A DNA stretch of 64,000 nt from an uncultured delta proteobacterium (GTDB lineage: Bacteria > Myxococcota > Myxococcia > Myxococcales > Anaeromyxobacteraceae), in NCBI GenBank assembly GCA_963766715.1, contig CAVYBH010000012.1, positions 640,001-704,000 of the forward strand. The letters run 5' to 3'. The notes below the pieces were generated by a model. It was not told the origin of the DNA and ran no database searches. It saw nothing but the letters and a program-made list of their open reading frames with translations. This document shows, piece by piece, positions 35,339 through 48,519 of the stretch. How positions within the stretch are numbered: the stretch's first letter is position 1; each line of letters opens with the position of its first letter. Both the position numbers and the translations under genes were made by a program.

Positions 35339-36280
35339 TCAACCGCGCGGGATCACCGGGAGGACGTCGACCTCGAGGTCGTCGAAATGGGCCAGCCGGC
35401 GGAACGCCGCGTACCGGGCCCGGATCTCGTGCGGACCCAGGTCGCGCAGTCGCTCCAGGCTGAAGCGCTCCACCGCGAAGCTGGCCAGCACGCTGCCGAC
35501 CACGATGGCGCGGCGCATGGCGGGAGCGTCCAGGGACCCGGAGCGGGCCAGGTAGCCCATGAACCCGCCCGCGAAGCTGTCCCCGGCCCCGGTGGGATCG
35601 AAGAGCTCGGCGAGCGGATAGGCGGAGCTCGCGAAGACCTCGTCCCCGGAGAAGTAGAGCGCCCCGTACTCGCCCCGCTTCACCACCACGGCCCGGGGTC
35701 CGAAGGAGAGGATCTTCCGGGCCGCACGGACGATGTTGTGCTCGCCGGCCAGCTGGCGGGCCTCCGCGTCGTTCACGAAGAGCAGGTCGACCCGCTTCAG
35801 GACCTCGAGCAGCGCCTGGCGCTTCGAGGTGATCCAGAAGTTCATGGTGTCGGCCGCCACCATGCGGGGCGAGCGCACCTGGTCGAGGACGCGGAGCTGG
35901 AGCTCGGGATCGATGTTTCCCAGGAAGACGTGGCTGGAGTCCCGGAACCCGTCCGGCAGCTCGGGCCGGAAGTCGGCGAAGACGTTCAGCTGCGTGTCGA
36001 GGGTGTGCGCCTGGTTCAGGTCGAACTCGTAGCGGCCCGACCAGCGAAAGGTCCGGCCCGGGCGGCGCTCCACGCCCGACAGGTCGACGCCGCGCCCGCG
36101 GAGGAAGTCCAGGTGGGCTTCGGGGAAATCCTCCCCGACCACGGCCACCATCCGCACGGGGGCGAAGAAGCTCGCGGCGGTGGAGAAGTACGTCGCCGAT
36201 CCGCCGAGCACGTCCTCCCGAACGCCGAAAGGAGTCTGGAGCGAGTCGAGCGCCACCAATCCCACCACGAGGAGTGCCAT
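35339..36280 (-). CDS. PfkB family sugar/nucleoside kinase
   Basis: LGGSATY, VVKRGEYGA, DPTGAGDSFAGG. Confidence 0.9.
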   Translation of the reverse strand: MALLVVGLVALDSLQTPFGVREDVLGGSATYFSTAASFFAPVRMVAVVGEDFPEAHLDFLRGRGVDLSGVERRPGRTFRWSGRYEFDLNQAHTLDTQLNVFADFRPELPDGFRDSSHVFLGNIDPELQLRVLDQVRSPRMVAADTMNFWITSKRQALLEVLKRVDLLFVNDAEARQLAGEHNIVRAARKILSFGPRAVVVKRGEYGALYFSGDEVFASSAYPLAELFDPTGAGDSFAGGFMGYLARSGSLDAPAMRRAIVVGSVLASFAVERFSLERLRDLGPHEIRARYAAFRRLAHFDDLEVDVLPVIPRG

Positions 36281-36291
36281 GGAGGGGTGCT

Positions 36292-37413
36292 CTACCCTGC
36301 GGAACCTCGACCGGTCAACGCCGGTGTTCCTTCCTTCGGACGCCTTCTCGGGTCGCCCGGCCCGCCCTCCGCGGCCAGCTGCCCGCACGCGGCCGCGATG
36401 TCCCTCCCCCGGTTCCGCCGGATCACCGCGGTGACGTTGGCGGCGACGAGCAGGTCCCGGAAGGCCTCGACCCGCTCCGGCGAGGGCGCCCGGAAGCCGA
36501 GCCCGGGGTTCTCGTTGTAGGGGATGAGGTTCACCTTGGCGGGAATGCCCTTCACGAGGCGGGACAGGCGGCGCGCGTCCTCGTCCGAGTCGTTCACCTC
36601 GCCGAGGAGCACGTACTCGAAGGTGATGCGCCGTCCCTTCTTCATGGGGAACTCGCGGCAGGCGGCCAGCAGGTCGGCGAGGGGCCAGCGCCGGTTGAGC
36701 GGCATGAGGGCCGTCCGGACCTCGTCGGTGGTCGCGTTCAGGGAGACCGCCAGCTTCACGTCGGTCTCCTCCCCGAACCGGCGCATCTCCGGGACGACCC
36801 CGGAGGTGGAGACGGTGACGTGGCGGTTCGAGAAGTTGGGGCCGTCCTCGGAGAGCAGCACGTCGAGCGCCGCCTTCACGTTGTCGTAGTTGTGGAGCGG
36901 CTCGCCCATTCCCATGAAGACCAGGTTCGTCAGCGGGCGGGGGCCGGTCCCCTCCCCCAGCTCGAGCAGCCTCCGGTTGGCGCGGGACACCTGGTCGACA
37001 ATCTCGCCGGAGCTCAGGTTGCGCGAGAGCCCCATGGTCCCGGTCATGCAGAAGGTGCAGCCGACGGCGCACCCCGCCTGGGTGGAGACGCAGAGCGTCT
37101 TCCGGCCAGGCTCGGGCATGTAGACCGACTCGACGAGCTTCCCGTCGGTGGTCCGCCAGGTCCACTTGATGGTGCCGTCGGTGGAGCGCCGCTCCTCGGC
37201 CCGCTCCAGCGAGGTGAGGCCGATCTCCTGGCCCAGCCGCGCCCGGAGCGCGGCCGGGAGGTCGGACATCTCGTCGAGCGACGCCGCGCCCTTCTGGTGG
37301 AGCCAGCGGAAGATCTGGCGAGCGCGGTACGGCTTCTCCCCCAGGCGCTGCACCAGGGCGTCGACCTCCGCGCGCGGGAGGGAGCGCAGGTCTGGCGGAG
37401 CGTGCGTCTTCAC
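36292..37413 (-). CDS. rlmN: 23S rRNA A2503/tRNA C2-methyltransferase
   Basis: CVSTQAGCAVGCTFC, FMGMGEP, NLIPYN, DIAAACGQL. Confidence 0.95.
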   Translation of the reverse strand: MKTHAPPDLRSLPRAEVDALVQRLGEKPYRARQIFRWLHQKGAASLDEMSDLPAALRARLGQEIGLTSLERAEERRSTDGTIKWTWRTTDGKLVESVYMPEPGRKTLCVSTQAGCAVGCTFCMTGTMGLSRNLSSGEIVDQVSRANRRLLELGEGTGPRPLTNLVFMGMGEPLHNYDNVKAALDVLLSEDGPNFSNRHVTVSTSGVVPEMRRFGEETDVKLAVSLNATTDEVRTALMPLNRRWPLADLLAACREFPMKKGRRITFEYVLLGEVNDSDEDARRLSRLVKGIPAKVNLIPYNENPGLGFRAPSPERVEAFRDLLVAANVTAVIRRNRGRDIAAACGQLAAEGGPGDPRRRPKEGTPALTGRGSAG

Positions 37414-37415
37414 GG

Positions 37416-38753
37416 TCAGCCCTCGCCGGCAGCGACCGGCTCCGGCTGGCGCCGGGCGATCTCGACCCGGGTCACCCGGCGCTCGTCCGCGCCACGGACC
37501 GTGAAGCGGAAGCCGTCCCGGTCGACGTGGGCGCCCACCGGCGGCACGCGGCCGGCGGTCGCGGTGACGAACCCGCCCAGCGTCTCGTAGTCCCCCTCGT
37601 CGGGGAAGCGCACCGCCCGCGCCTCGCCGGGCTCGACCCCGGTCTCCTTGTCCAGGTACTCCTCGAGCTCGCGGAGCGGGACGGTGGCGTCGGCCAGCCA
37701 GACCCCGGCCCCCACGCTCTTCACCGGGGCGGCCTCGGCGTCCCCTTCGTCCTGGATCTCCCCGACAATCTCCTCCAGCACGTCCTCGAGGGTGACGACG
37801 CCGCTCGTGCCGCCGAACTCGTCGACCACCACCGCCAGGTGGGTCTTGCGGCGCTGCATCTCCTTCAGGAGGCGGGAGACCTTCATCTGCTCGGGCACGA
37901 AGAAGGCCGGCTTGAGCACGCGCTCCCAGGGGATCGGCCCCGCGCCCCGGGTCAGCTCCAGCACGATGTCCCGGACCATGAGGATGCCCACCACGTTGTC
38001 GACCGAGCCCTCGTAGACCGGCATCCGGCTGTACGGGTTCTCGGTGACGATCCGGACGATCTCGTCGCGGGGGGAGTCGCGGTCGATGGCCACCATCCGG
38101 GTGCGCGGGACCATGACCTCCTTCACCACCCGATCGGCGAACTCGAGGACGCTGTTGAGGAGCTCCTCCTTCACCTCGTCGAGCACGCCCTCACGGGTCC
38201 CCATCTCGATGATGTACTCGATCTCCGCGCTGGTGACCGCCGGGCCCGGGGCCACCTTCCCTCCGCCGAAGAGGCGCATGAGCCCGTGGGTGGCCCGCAC
38301 CAGGCCCACCGAGACCGGCCAGAGGATCCACGACACGACGCTCACGAAGGGGATCACCGCCATGGTGATGCGCACCGGGTGGCGCTTGGCGAGCGTCTTC
38401 GGGACCACCTCGCCCGCGAAGAGCACGAGAGCCGTGGCCACGCCCGTCGCCACGCCCAGGGCGCGGGCCGGGGAGAAGCCGTAGGTGAAGGCGACGCCGG
38501 TGGCGATCTCCGCCGCCAGCACGCCCCCTCCGATGTTCAGGATGGTGTTCGTGACGAGGAGAGCCGAGAGCACGCGCTCCGGGTGCTGCACCCAGTCCTT
38601 GAGCAGGCGCGCCCGGCGACCGCCGCCCTCGACGAGTTGCCGGGCCCGGAGATCACCCAGCGCGGTCAGCGCGGTCTCGGAGCCGGAGGCGAGCGCCGAG
38701 CCCAGGACCACTCCGGCGGCGGCCATCCACTGCCATGTCGGCACTCCCAGCAC
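37416..38753 (-). CDS. Hemolysin family CNNM-CBS-CorC protein
   Basis: SGSETAL, GEVVPKTLA, VMVPR, YSRMPVY, VVDEFGGTSG, LEDVLEEIVGEIQDE. Confidence 0.9.
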   Translation of the reverse strand: MLGVPTWQWMAAAGVVLGSALASGSETALTALGDLRARQLVEGGGRRARLLKDWVQHPERVLSALLVTNTILNIGGGVLAAEIATGVAFTYGFSPARALGVATGVATALVLFAGEVVPKTLAKRHPVRITMAVIPFVSVVSWILWPVSVGLVRATHGLMRLFGGGKVAPGPAVTSAEIEYIIEMGTREGVLDEVKEELLNSVLEFADRVVKEVMVPRTRMVAIDRDSPRDEIVRIVTENPYSRMPVYEGSVDNVVGILMVRDIVLELTRGAGPIPWERVLKPAFFVPEQMKVSRLLKEMQRRKTHLAVVVDEFGGTSGVVTLEDVLEEIVGEIQDEGDAEAAPVKSVGAGVWLADATVPLRELEEYLDKETGVEPGEARAVRFPDEGDYETLGGFVTATAGRVPPVGAHVDRDGFRFTVRGADERRVTRVEIARRQPEPVAAGEG

Positions 38754-38835
38754 GTGCGTCTCCCTATAGCGGCGCGCCCCGCACCGGGCCAGGCCGGGCG
38801 GGGCGCATCACTGCGACCTCAATGAAAACGACTGG

Positions 38836-39279
38836 TTACCGCTTGCCCTTCCACTCGTAGGGGACGATCTCCACCTCGGGGAAGAAGTAGGAGATCTCGA
38901 CCTTGGCCGTCTCCGGCGCGTCGGACCCGTGGACCGTGTTCTTCTCGATGTCGGTGGCGAAGTCGGCCCGGATGGTCCCGGCGGCGGCCTTCTTGGGGTC
39001 CGTCGCCCCCATCACCTCGCGGTTCTTCGCGATGGCGCCCTCGCCCTCGAGCACCATGAGGACGACCGGACCGCCCGTCATGAACTTCACCAGGTCGGCG
39101 AAGAACGGACGCGCCCGGTGCACCCCGTAGAAGCCCTCGGCCTCGGCCTGCGACAGCTGCTTCAGCTTGATCGCAATCGGCTTCAGGCCGGCGGCCTCGA
39201 AGCGGGAGATGACGCGGCCGATGACACCCTTCTCGACCCCGTCCGGCTTGATGATGGAAAACGTCCTCTCGATCGCCAT
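38836..39279 (-). CDS. ndk: Nucleoside diphosphate kinase
   Basis: [25 protein letters not shown]. Confidence 0.96.
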   Translation of the reverse strand: MAIERTFSIIKPDGVEKGVIGRVISRFEAAGLKPIAIKLKQLSQAEAEGFYGVHRARPFFADLVKFMTGGPVVLMVLEGEGAIAKNREVMGATDPKKAAAGTIRADFATDIEKNTVHGSDAPETAKVEISYFFPEVEIVPYEWKGKR

Positions 39280-39295
39280 GTGTCGCTCCTGTTCG

Positions 39296-40313
39296 CTACC
39301 GCTTGGATGAACGCTTCGCGACGGCGCCGCGGGCGGCCGGCTTCGCCGCCTTGCCACCCTTCGCGGGAGCCTTCGCCGCCGCCTTCGAGACGACCTTCGC
39401 CCCGCGCTTCGACTCGTCCCGGGCGCGCGGCTTGCGTCCGGAGAGCATGTCCTTCATGGCCTTGCCCAGCGTCGACGGGGATTCGCAGACGACGATCCCG
39501 GCGTCCCGCATGATGGCCATCTTCGCCTCGGCGGTGTCGCCGCCGCCGGAGATGACCGCGCCGGCGTGCCCCATGCGCTTGCCCGGCGGGGCGGTCCGGC
39601 CGGCGATGAAGCCCACGACCGGCTTGGTCATGTTGGCCTTCACCCACTCCGCGCCCCGGGCCTCCTCGGTGCCGCCGATCTCGCCGATCATGATGACGCC
39701 GTCGGTGGCCGGATCGGCCTCGAAGAGGCGAAGCACCTCGATGAACTCGAGGCCGTGGACCGGGTCTCCGCCGATGCCGACCGCGGTCGACTGCCCCAGG
39801 CCGATCTGGGTGAGCTGGAGCACCGCCTCGTAGGTGAGCGTCCCGGAGCGGGAGACCACGCCGATCCGGCCCGGGCGGTGGATGTGCCCGGGCATGATGC
39901 CGATCTTGCACTGCCCCGGCGTGATGACGCCCGGGCAGTTGGGACCGAGGAGCTTCACGCCCGGCTGGTCCTGCAGGAAGCGCTTCACCCGGATCATGTC
40001 CATGACCGGGATGCCCTCGGTGATGGCCACGACGAGCGGGATGCCGGCGTCGGCGGACTCGAGGATCGCGTCGGCCGAGTACGGGAGGCGGGACGAAGAT
40101 GGCGGACGCGTTGGCGCCGGTCTCCCGCACCGCCTGCTCGACGGTGTTGAAGATCGGGACCTGGCCCTGGAAGCGGGTGCCGCCGCGCCCTGGCGTCACG
40201 CCGGCCACGACCTGCGTCCCGTAGGCCAGCATCTGCTCGGAGTGGAAGCTGCCGGCCGAGCCGGTGATGCCCTGGACCACCACGCGGGTGTTTCTGTCGA
40301 CGAGGATGCTCAC
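39296..40313 (-). CDS. sucD: Succinate--CoA ligase alpha subunit with Lys/Ala-rich C-terminal tail (frameshift near 40085)
   Basis: [33 protein letters not shown]. Confidence 0.95.
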
Positions 40314-40331
40314 GGTCAGGCCTCCGCGCGC

Positions 40332-41504
40332 CTAGCCCTTCGAGGAACGGACCGCCGCCACGACCTTCTGGGCGGCGTCGCCGAGGTCGTCGGCAGCGAT
40401 GATGTCGAGGCCGCTCTTGGCCAGGATCTCGTTGCCCAGCTCCACGTTGGTGCCCTGGAGCCGGACGACGAGCGGCATCGAGAGCCCGACCTGCCGGGCC
40501 GCGGCGACCACGCCGTTGGCGATGACGTCGCACTTCATGATGCCGCCGAAGATGTTCACCAGCACCGCCTTCACCTTGGGGTCCTGGAGGATGATCTTGA
40601 ACGCGGCGGTGACCTTCTTCTCGTCGGCGCCGCCTCCGACGTCGAGGAAGTTGGCGGGCGCGCCGCCGGCCAGCTGGATCACGTCCATGGTGGCCATGGC
40701 CAGGCCGGCCCCGTTCACCATGCAGCCGATGTTCCCGTCGAGTGCGATGTAGGCCAGGTCGTACTCCTTGGCCTGCGTCTCCTTGGGATCCTCCTCGCCC
40801 GGATCGCGCATCGCGGCCACCTCGGGGTGGCGGTAGAGCGCGTTGTCGTCGAAGTTGAGCTTGGCGTCGAGCGCGATGACCGCTCCGGAGGCGCTCACCA
40901 CGAGCGGGTTCACCTCGGCGATGGTGGCGTCCGTGGCCGCCGCGGCGGCGTAGAGGCCGGTGGAGAAGCGCACGAAGGCGCCCACGCTGTCGCCCTGCAG
41001 GCCGAGCTGGAAGGCCAGCTGGCGCGCCTGGAACGGCATGAACCCGACCAGCGGGTCGACGCTCTCCTTCAGGATCTTCTCGGGGTGGGCCCGGGCCACC
41101 TCCTCGACGTCCATCCCGCCCTCGGACGAGGCCATCACCGTCATCCGGCCGCGCTCGCGGTCGAGCGCGATGCCCAGGTAGAGCTCGCGGGCGATCCGCA
41201 CGCCCTCCTCGATGTAGAGCTTGCGGACCTCCTGCCCTTCCGGTCCCGTCTGGGGCGTGTGGAGGACCATCCCCAGGAGCGACTCGGCGTGCAGGCGAGC
41301 CTCCTCGGGGGAGCGGGCCAGCTTGATGCCGCCCGCCTTCCCTCGCCCGCCCGCGTGGATCTGGGCCTTCACGGCGCAGATGCCGCCGCCGAGCTGGCGT
41401 GCGGCTCCCTCGGCCTGGAGCGGAGTCGTGGCGAGGATTCCTCGCGGAATCGCCACCCCGAACTTCTTGAGGATCTCCTTGGCCTGGTACTCGTGAATCT
41501 TCAC
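40332..41504 (-). CDS. sucC: Succinate--CoA ligase beta subunit
   Basis: [43 protein letters not shown]. Confidence 0.96.
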   Translation of the reverse strand: MKIHEYQAKEILKKFGVAIPRGILATTPLQAEGAARQLGGGICAVKAQIHAGGRGKAGGIKLARSPEEARLHAESLLGMVLHTPQTGPEGQEVRKLYIEEGVRIARELYLGIALDRERGRMTVMASSEGGMDVEEVARAHPEKILKESVDPLVGFMPFQARQLAFQLGLQGDSVGAFVRFSTGLYAAAAATDATIAEVNPLVVSASGAVIALDAKLNFDDNALYRHPEVAAMRDPGEEDPKETQAKEYDLAYIALDGNIGCMVNGAGLAMATMDVIQLAGGAPANFLDVGGGADEKKVTAAFKIILQDPKVKAVLVNIFGGIMKCDVIANGVVAAARQVGLSMPLVVRLQGTNVELGNEILAKSGLDIIAADDLGDAAQKVVAAVRSSKG

Positions 41505-41587
41505 CGTGGGCCTCCTCTTGCGTCTCCCTGCAGGGGCCGGAGCCTCCCGCGGGCCTACCTTTTATCCGTTCCGGCCACCCCGGGGCG

Positions 41588-41634
41588 AAGAAAAGCCGCG
41601 GACCCGCCCCGGTGCTGCCCGGGAGGGGTCCGCG
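41588..41634 (-). terminator. Putative intrinsic terminator after mdh
   Basis: Minus strand CGCGGACCC...GGGTCCGCG hairpin followed by GCTTTTCTT. Confidence 0.5.
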
Positions 41635-41649
41635 CGGGGGTTCGCCGTG

Positions 41650-42717
<1,068 letters not shown>

Positions 42718-43381
42718 TCACTCCGGCAGAGCGCAGCGCAGCTCGACGGCCGGCGTCCGGAGGGCGTCGTTCACCCGCGGATCGGTCGCTGCTGCGAGCT
42801 CGACCTCCCGCTCGACGCCGAAGCTCGTCCGGACGTGCGTGGGCCGCATGCCCGGGATGCATCATGATCTCGGTGGTCCCTCCGGGGAGTCCCGAGACGG
42901 CGGCGAGCAGCCGCGCCGGCGTCCAGCACGGGCGCAGCGACGCGTCTCCGAGGAAGTGATCGCACGCCCGGGCGCCCGAGGCGCGGATGCGGTCCCGCAT
43001 GGGCGCGTCGAGCGCGCGCACGCGCAGCCGCAGCGGGCCGGCGACCCGCAGGAGCGCCGCCAGCACCGGGGGCTCGGCGTGCACGTGCCTGTGTCCGTCT
43101 ACGTGAACGGGCGGCGCGCCGCGGATGGACTCGAAGAGCCGGAGCTGCCGGACGATCTCCCGGCCCGCCACCTCCTCCTCCGTTCCCGAAGGCAACGCCA
43201 GGTGCAGCCCGAGCCCGAGCGTGACCGGCGCCGCCGCCAGCGCAGCCCCTGCGAGCGGTCCGTCCACGAACGCGCTCGCCGCGGTGACGATGCCGTGGGC
43301 GTGGGCCTCGAGGATGCCCTGATCGATGGCCGGGTCGTAGCCGAGGTCGTCGGCCACCACCAGCACGGCCCTCCGGTTCAC
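42718..43381 (-). CDS. ChbG/HpnK (YdjC) family deacetylase (frameshift near 42842)
   Basis: VADDLG, GLHL, HVDGHRHVH, EIMMHPG. Confidence 0.85.
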
Positions 43382-44456
43382 GCCGGGAGCTCCACCGTGA
43401 AGCGGGCTCCATGCCCGGGAGATCCCTCGGCGTGGATGCGGCCGGCGTGGGCCTCGACAATCTCCCGGGTCACGTAGAGTCCCAGCCCGAGCCCCGGGTA
43501 GTGCTGCGCCGGCGCAGCACGCTCGAAGCGGCCGAAGATCCGCTCTCGCTGGTCGGCCTGGATGCCCACGCCCCGGTCGCTCACCGTCAACCGGACGAGC
43601 GCCCCGTCCCGCTCGACGCGGACCTCGACCGGCTTCCCCTCGCCGAACTTCACCGCGTTGGCGAGGAGGTTCTCGATGACCTGCTCGATCCGGACCCGGT
43701 CGAGCGACGCCACGACCGGCTCGGGCGCGACCACCTGCACCTGCGAGCCATTGGCCATGCCCGGGTCGGCCTGGTAGGGCGCGGCCACCTCCTGGGCCAG
43801 CGCCGCCAGGTCGACGGGCTCCCGGGACAGCTCGAGCCGCCCGAGCCGGATGCGGGAGAGGTCGAGCAGGGCCTCCACCAGGCCCGCGAGCCGCCGGACC
43901 TGCCGGTCGAGCGCGGTCATCCGCTCCCGGACGGGTCGGGCACCGAGGCTCCCGATCGCTCGACGACCCGCTGGAGCATCTGGAGCTGCACGTGGAGCGC
44001 GGTGACCGGCGTCCGCAGCTCGTGCGAGGCGATGGAGAGGAACTCGTCGCGCGCCCGGACGTCCTCGCGCGCCTGCCGGTAGAGCAGCGCCTTGGCCTCG
44101 ACGCGACGCCGCTCGGAGACGTCGCGGACCGCCGCGATGGCCCAGCTGCCCTCGCTCGACCGGATGGGCGCCAGGCTGATCTCCGCCGGGAACTCGCTGC
44201 CGTCCTTGCGCAGCGCGGCCAGGTCGGAGCCGAGCCCCATCGGACGCGGGCGGGGCGCGCGATGGAACCCCTCGCGAAGGCCGCGGTGGCCGCCGCGGAA
44301 GCGCGCCGGCAGGAGCATCTCCACGGCCTGCCCCACCATCTCCGACCGCTCCCAGCCGAAGAGGTCCACCATCACGGCGTTGGCGTAGACGATCGTCCCG
44401 TCGGGGTCGGCGACGACGATTCCGTCGGGGACGAATTCGAGGAGGGAGAAGTCCAT
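43378..44456 (-). CDS. PAS-domain sensor histidine kinase (frameshift near 43921)
   Basis: PAS (PDGIVVAD..G.IVYAN, RKDGSEFP), H-box ASHELRTP, NLLANAVKF, DRGVGI, GLGLGL. Confidence 0.9.
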
Positions 44457-44478
44457 CGCGGCCGTCCTCGCAGGGATC

Positions 44479-45143
44479 TCAGCCCGCGGTCCGCCCCGGG
44501 GCCGCCTCGAAGTCGTAGATCGACTCGACCCGCACGTTCCGGTACCGCTCGAGCCGGAGCGCCATCCGGGAGAGCAGCGCCAGGAACTCCTCGACGTCGG
44601 GGCCCTGCCCCGGGAGCGCACTGCCGGCCCGGCGCTTCGCCTCCTTGAGGATGGCGCGCCGGACCTCGCGAGGGTGGTAGATGGACGACGCGGAGAAGTG
44701 GAGCTTGCCCTCGTGCGGGAAGAGCCGCGCCTCGAGGATGTCGCCCTTGGCGAGGGCCACGACGGCCCGACGCTCCACGACCTCGTGGCGGGCGCCGGAC
44801 GAGGACGTCCTCCACCTCCACGATGCCCGGACGGATCTTCCGCACCTCGAGCAGCAGGTGCAGGTTGCGCCCCATCTCCCGCATCTGGGACCGCTCGTCG
44901 GTGGTGAGCCCCGCGCCGTCCTCCCGCAGGAAGTGCTCGAGCGTGGTGCCCGTCCCCGTCGGGCCGGAAGTCGAAGAGGTAGTGATCGATGAGCCCGTTC
45001 ATCCGGGTCTCGTAGCTCTTGTCCTCCTCGTGCGGCTCGCCCACCCGGGCGAAGTACGCGCGCCGGGCCTCGAGCAGCCATGGCTGCCGGGCCTCCGCGC
45101 CCGCCCAGGCGAGGAGCCGGTCGTGCATCTCGGCCAGGGTCAC
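44479..45143 (-). CDS. Conserved hypothetical protein (2 frameshifts)
   Basis: GTG overlaps the carA stop; a continuous product can be rebuilt from three frames, ending ...[24 protein letters not shown]. Confidence 0.55.
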
Positions 45144-46261
45144 GGACGCCGCTCCATCATCCCGATGAAGCGCCCGAAGAGCTGCCGGGCGTCGTGCGGC
45201 CCGGGCGACGACTCGGGGTGGTACTGCACGCTGAAGGCCGGGGCGTCGAGCACCTCGAGCCCCTCGACCGTTCCGTCGTTCAGGTTCACGTGCGAGACGC
45301 GCGCCTTCTTGCCCAGCGTGCGGTCGTCGACCGCGAAGCCGTGGTTCTGGCAGGTGATGTCCACCTTCCCGGTGGCCAGGTCCTTCACGGGCTGGTTGGC
45401 GCCGCGATGGCCGAACTTGAGCTTGTAGGTGGACGCGCCGAGCGCCAGCGCCAGGATCTGGTGACCCAGGCAGATGCCGAACACCGGGACCTTGCCCAGG
45501 AGCGCCGCGACCGTGTCCCGGGCGCCGAGCACCGCCGCCGGGTCCCCCGGACCGTTGGTGAGGAAGATGCCGTCGGGCCGGTAGGCGAGCGCCTCCGCGG
45601 CGGTCGTGCGGCTCGGCACCACCGTGACCCGGCACCCCGAGTCGGCCAGCAGCCGAAGCATGGCCCGCTTGAGCCCCCAGTCGTACGCGACCACGTGGAA
45701 CCGGGGCTTCTCGATCGGGTGGCGGTCGCCGTCGGACCAGGCGTCGGCCCCGCCCTCCCGCCACTCGTACGGGCTCGCCGTGGAGATCCGGGTGGCCAGG
45801 TCCTGCCCCTCCATGCCCGGCAGCGCCCGGGCCCGGGCGACGAGCGCGGCGGGGCTGCCGTCGCGGGCGATGACCCCCATCTGCGCACCGGTGGTCCGGA
45901 TGTGGCGGGTGAGGCGCCGGGTGTCGATGCCGTGGATTCCCACGACCCCGTTCGCCCGGAGGTACTCCTCGAGGCCGGCCTCGGCCCGGAAGCTGGACGG
46001 CTCCCCGGCGAAGTGCCGGACGATGAACCCGGTCGCGTGCACCTTCGCGGATTCCTGGTCGGCCCGGTTCGTCCCGTAGTTTCCCTGCTCCGGGTAGGTC
46101 ATGCAGACCATCTGCCCGACGTAGGAGGGATCGGTGAGGATCTCCTGGTACCCGGTCATCGACGTGTTGAAGACCACCTCGCCGTGGGCCTCTCCCTCGG
46201 CGCCGAAGGCTCGACCCTCGAACACCGTTCCGTCGGCGAGCGCGAGGGTCGCCCTCGTCAT
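45140..46261 (-). CDS. carA: Carbamoyl-phosphate synthase small subunit
   Basis: [44 protein letters not shown]. Confidence 0.96.
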   Translation of the reverse strand: MTRATLALADGTVFEGRAFGAEGEAHGEVVFNTSMTGYQEILTDPSYVGQMVCMTYPEQGNYGTNRADQESAKVHATGFIVRHFAGEPSSFRAEAGLEEYLRANGVVGIHGIDTRRLTRHIRTTGAQMGVIARDGSPAALVARARALPGMEGQDLATRISTASPYEWREGGADAWSDGDRHPIEKPRFHVVAYDWGLKRAMLRLLADSGCRVTVVPSRTTAAEALAYRPDGIFLTNGPGDPAAVLGARDTVAALLGKVPVFGICLGHQILALALGASTYKLKFGHRGANQPVKDLATGKVDITCQNHGFAVDDRTLGKKARVSHVNLNDGTVEGLEVLDAPAFSVQYHPESSPGPHDARQLFGRFIGMMERRP

Positions 46262-47565
46262 CGAGCCTCCTCCAGCCGGTGGACCTGGCGTCCCCCCACG
46301 AGCGTCTCGACGCAGCGCCCGGTGAGCTTCTTCCCCTTCCAGGGGGTGTTCCGGCTGCGACTGTGGCCGCGCATGGGGTCGACGACCCAGGACAGCCCGG
46401 GGTCCAGGATGGCCAGGTCGGCGGCGGCGCCCACCGCCAGCGTGCCGCCTGGCAGGGAGAAGCAGCGCGCGGCCGAGATGGTCAGCGCCTCGATGAGCCG
46501 CTTCTCGGTGAGGACACCCTGCCGGACCAGTTCCAGGCAGACCGGGAAGGCCGTCTCGAGCCCGAGGATGCCGTTCAGCGCGGCGTCGAACTCCAGCTTC
46601 TTCTCCTCGGGGGAGTGCGGGGCGTGGTCCGTGGCGATGGCGTCGAGGGTCCCGTCGGCGACCCCTTCCCGGACCGCCTTCACGTCCGCCTCGGAGCGCA
46701 GCGGCGGGTTCATCTTGAAGTCGGGGTCGTAGTCGCTCGCGGCCACGTCCAGGTCGGAGAGCGCCAGGTGGTGCGGCGTCGCCTCGCCGGTCACGGGCAG
46801 CCCGCGCCGCTTGGCGTCCCGGATGGCGCGAACCGCGCCCGCCGTGGAGACGTGGCAGATGTGGAGCCGCCCGCCGGTGAGCTCGAGGAGCGAGATGTCC
46901 CGGAGCACCATCACGTCCTCGGCCTGGGCCGGGATGCCCTTGAGGCCGAGGCGCGTGGCCGGGAGCCCCTCGTTCATCACGCCCTTGCCGACGAGGTGGA
47001 GGTCCTCCTCGTGGACGGCCAGCGGCAGGCCGAACACCCGGGAGTACTCGAGCGCCCGGCGCATGAGCCCGGAGGACATGACCGGACTGCCGTCGTCGGA
47101 GAGCGCCACGCATCCGGCGGTCTTCAGCTCGCCGTACTCGGCCAGGTCCTCGCCCTTGCGTCCCTTGGTGGCGGCGCCGACCGGGTAGACCCGGGCCAGC
47201 CCGGCCGCGGCGGCCCGCGCGAGCATGAGCTCGGTCACGCTGGTGTTGTCGTTGGCCGGCACCGTGTTGGGCATGGCGCAGACGGCGGTGAAGCCGCCGG
47301 CGACCGCGGCCCGGGTACCGGTGGCCACCGTCTCCTTGTACTCCTGCCCCGGCTCGCGCAGGTGGACGTGGAGATCCACGAACCCCGGCGTGACCCACTT
47401 GCCGCGGGCATCGACGATGCGCGCCCCGGCGGGCGCCTCGGCCCGCTCGGCCACCGCGGCGATCTTCCCGTCGCGGATGACCACGGTCCGGATCCCGTCC
47501 ACGCCGCTGGCGGGGTCGATGACCCGGCCACCCTGCACGACCGTCACTTCGCTCGAGGTGCTCAT
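46258..47565 (-). CDS. pyrC: Dihydroorotase
   Basis: [33 protein letters not shown]. Confidence 0.95.
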   Translation of the reverse strand: MSTSSEVTVVQGGRVIDPASGVDGIRTVVIRDGKIAAVAERAEAPAGARIVDARGKWVTPGFVDLHVHLREPGQEYKETVATGTRAAVAGGFTAVCAMPNTVPANDNTSVTELMLARAAAAGLARVYPVGAATKGRKGEDLAEYGELKTAGCVALSDDGSPVMSSGLMRRALEYSRVFGLPLAVHEEDLHLVGKGVMNEGLPATRLGLKGIPAQAEDVMVLRDISLLELTGGRLHICHVSTAGAVRAIRDAKRRGLPVTGEATPHHLALSDLDVAASDYDPDFKMNPPLRSEADVKAVREGVADGTLDAIATDHAPHSPEEKKLEFDAALNGILGLETAFPVCLELVRQGVLTEKRLIEALTISAARCFSLPGGTLAVGAAADLAILDPGLSWVVDPMRGHSRSRNTPWKGKKLTGRCVETLVGGRQVHRLEEAR

Positions 47566-47568
47566 GCC

Positions 47569-48519
47569 TCAGACCTTCTCCGCTCGGGCAGCGTCGCCGG
47601 CGCCGCCGGCGAGCAGGTAGAGGATGGCCATCCGGACGGCCACGCCGTTCTGGACCTGGTCCAGGATCACGCTGTGCGGCCCGTCGGCGACGTCGGAGGA
47701 GAGCTCCACCCCGCGGTTGATCGGGCCGGGGTGGAGGATCACCGTCTCCGGCTTGAGCCACTCGGCCGCCTTGCGGGCGTTGAGCCCCCAGTACTTGGAG
47801 TACTCGCGGGTGTTGGGGATGAGGGGGTCGCCGATGCGCTCGTGCTGGATGCGCAGCATGATCACCGCGTCCGCGCCCTCGACCGCCGTGCGGAGGTCGT
47901 GGTGGACCGTGGCGCCCATCTGCTCGATGCCCATCGGCATCATGGTGGGCGGCCCGCAGAGCCGGACCCGCGCCCCCAGCTTGGGAAGCGAGTGCAGGTC
48001 GGAGCGAGCCACGCGCGAGTGGCTGATGTCGCCCACGATGGCCACCGTCCGCCCTTCCAGGCTGCCGAAGCGCTCCCGGAGGGTGAAGCAGTCGAGGAGT
48101 CCCTGGCTGGGGTGCTCGTGGGCGCCGTCGCCGGCGGAGACCACCGCGCAGCCCACGTTCTTCGCCAGGAAGTTGGGCGCGCCGCTGGCCGAGTGGCGGA
48201 CCACCAGCACGTCGGGGCGCATGGCCTCGAGGTTCTTGGCCGTGTCGAGGAGCGTCTCGCCCTTGGTGGTGGAGGACTGGGCCGCCGTCCAGTTGAGGGC
48301 GTCCGCGGAGAGCGTCTTCGCGGCGATCTCGAAGGAGCTCCGGGTGCGGGTGGAGGTCTCGAAGAACAGGTTCACCACGCTCTTGCCGCGCAGCGACGGG
48401 ACCTTCTTCACCGGGCGGGAGAGCACCTCCTTCATGGAGGTGGCGAGGTCGAGGACCTCGAGGATCTCCTCCCGGGAGAGCGGCTCGAGGCCGATGAGGT
48501 GACGGTGTCGTCCGATCAC
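47569..48519 (-). CDS. pyrB: Aspartate carbamoyltransferase catalytic subunit
   Basis: [44 protein letters not shown]. Confidence 0.96.
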   Translation of the reverse strand: MIGRHRHLIGLEPLSREEILEVLDLATSMKEVLSRPVKKVPSLRGKSVVNLFFETSTRTRSSFEIAAKTLSADALNWTAAQSSTTKGETLLDTAKNLEAMRPDVLVVRHSASGAPNFLAKNVGCAVVSAGDGAHEHPSQGLLDCFTLRERFGSLEGRTVAIVGDISHSRVARSDLHSLPKLGARVRLCGPPTMMPMGIEQMGATVHHDLRTAVEGADAVIMLRIQHERIGDPLIPNTREYSKYWGLNARKAAEWLKPETVILHPGPINRGVELSSDVADGPHSVILDQVQNGVAVRMAILYLLAGGAGDAARAEKV

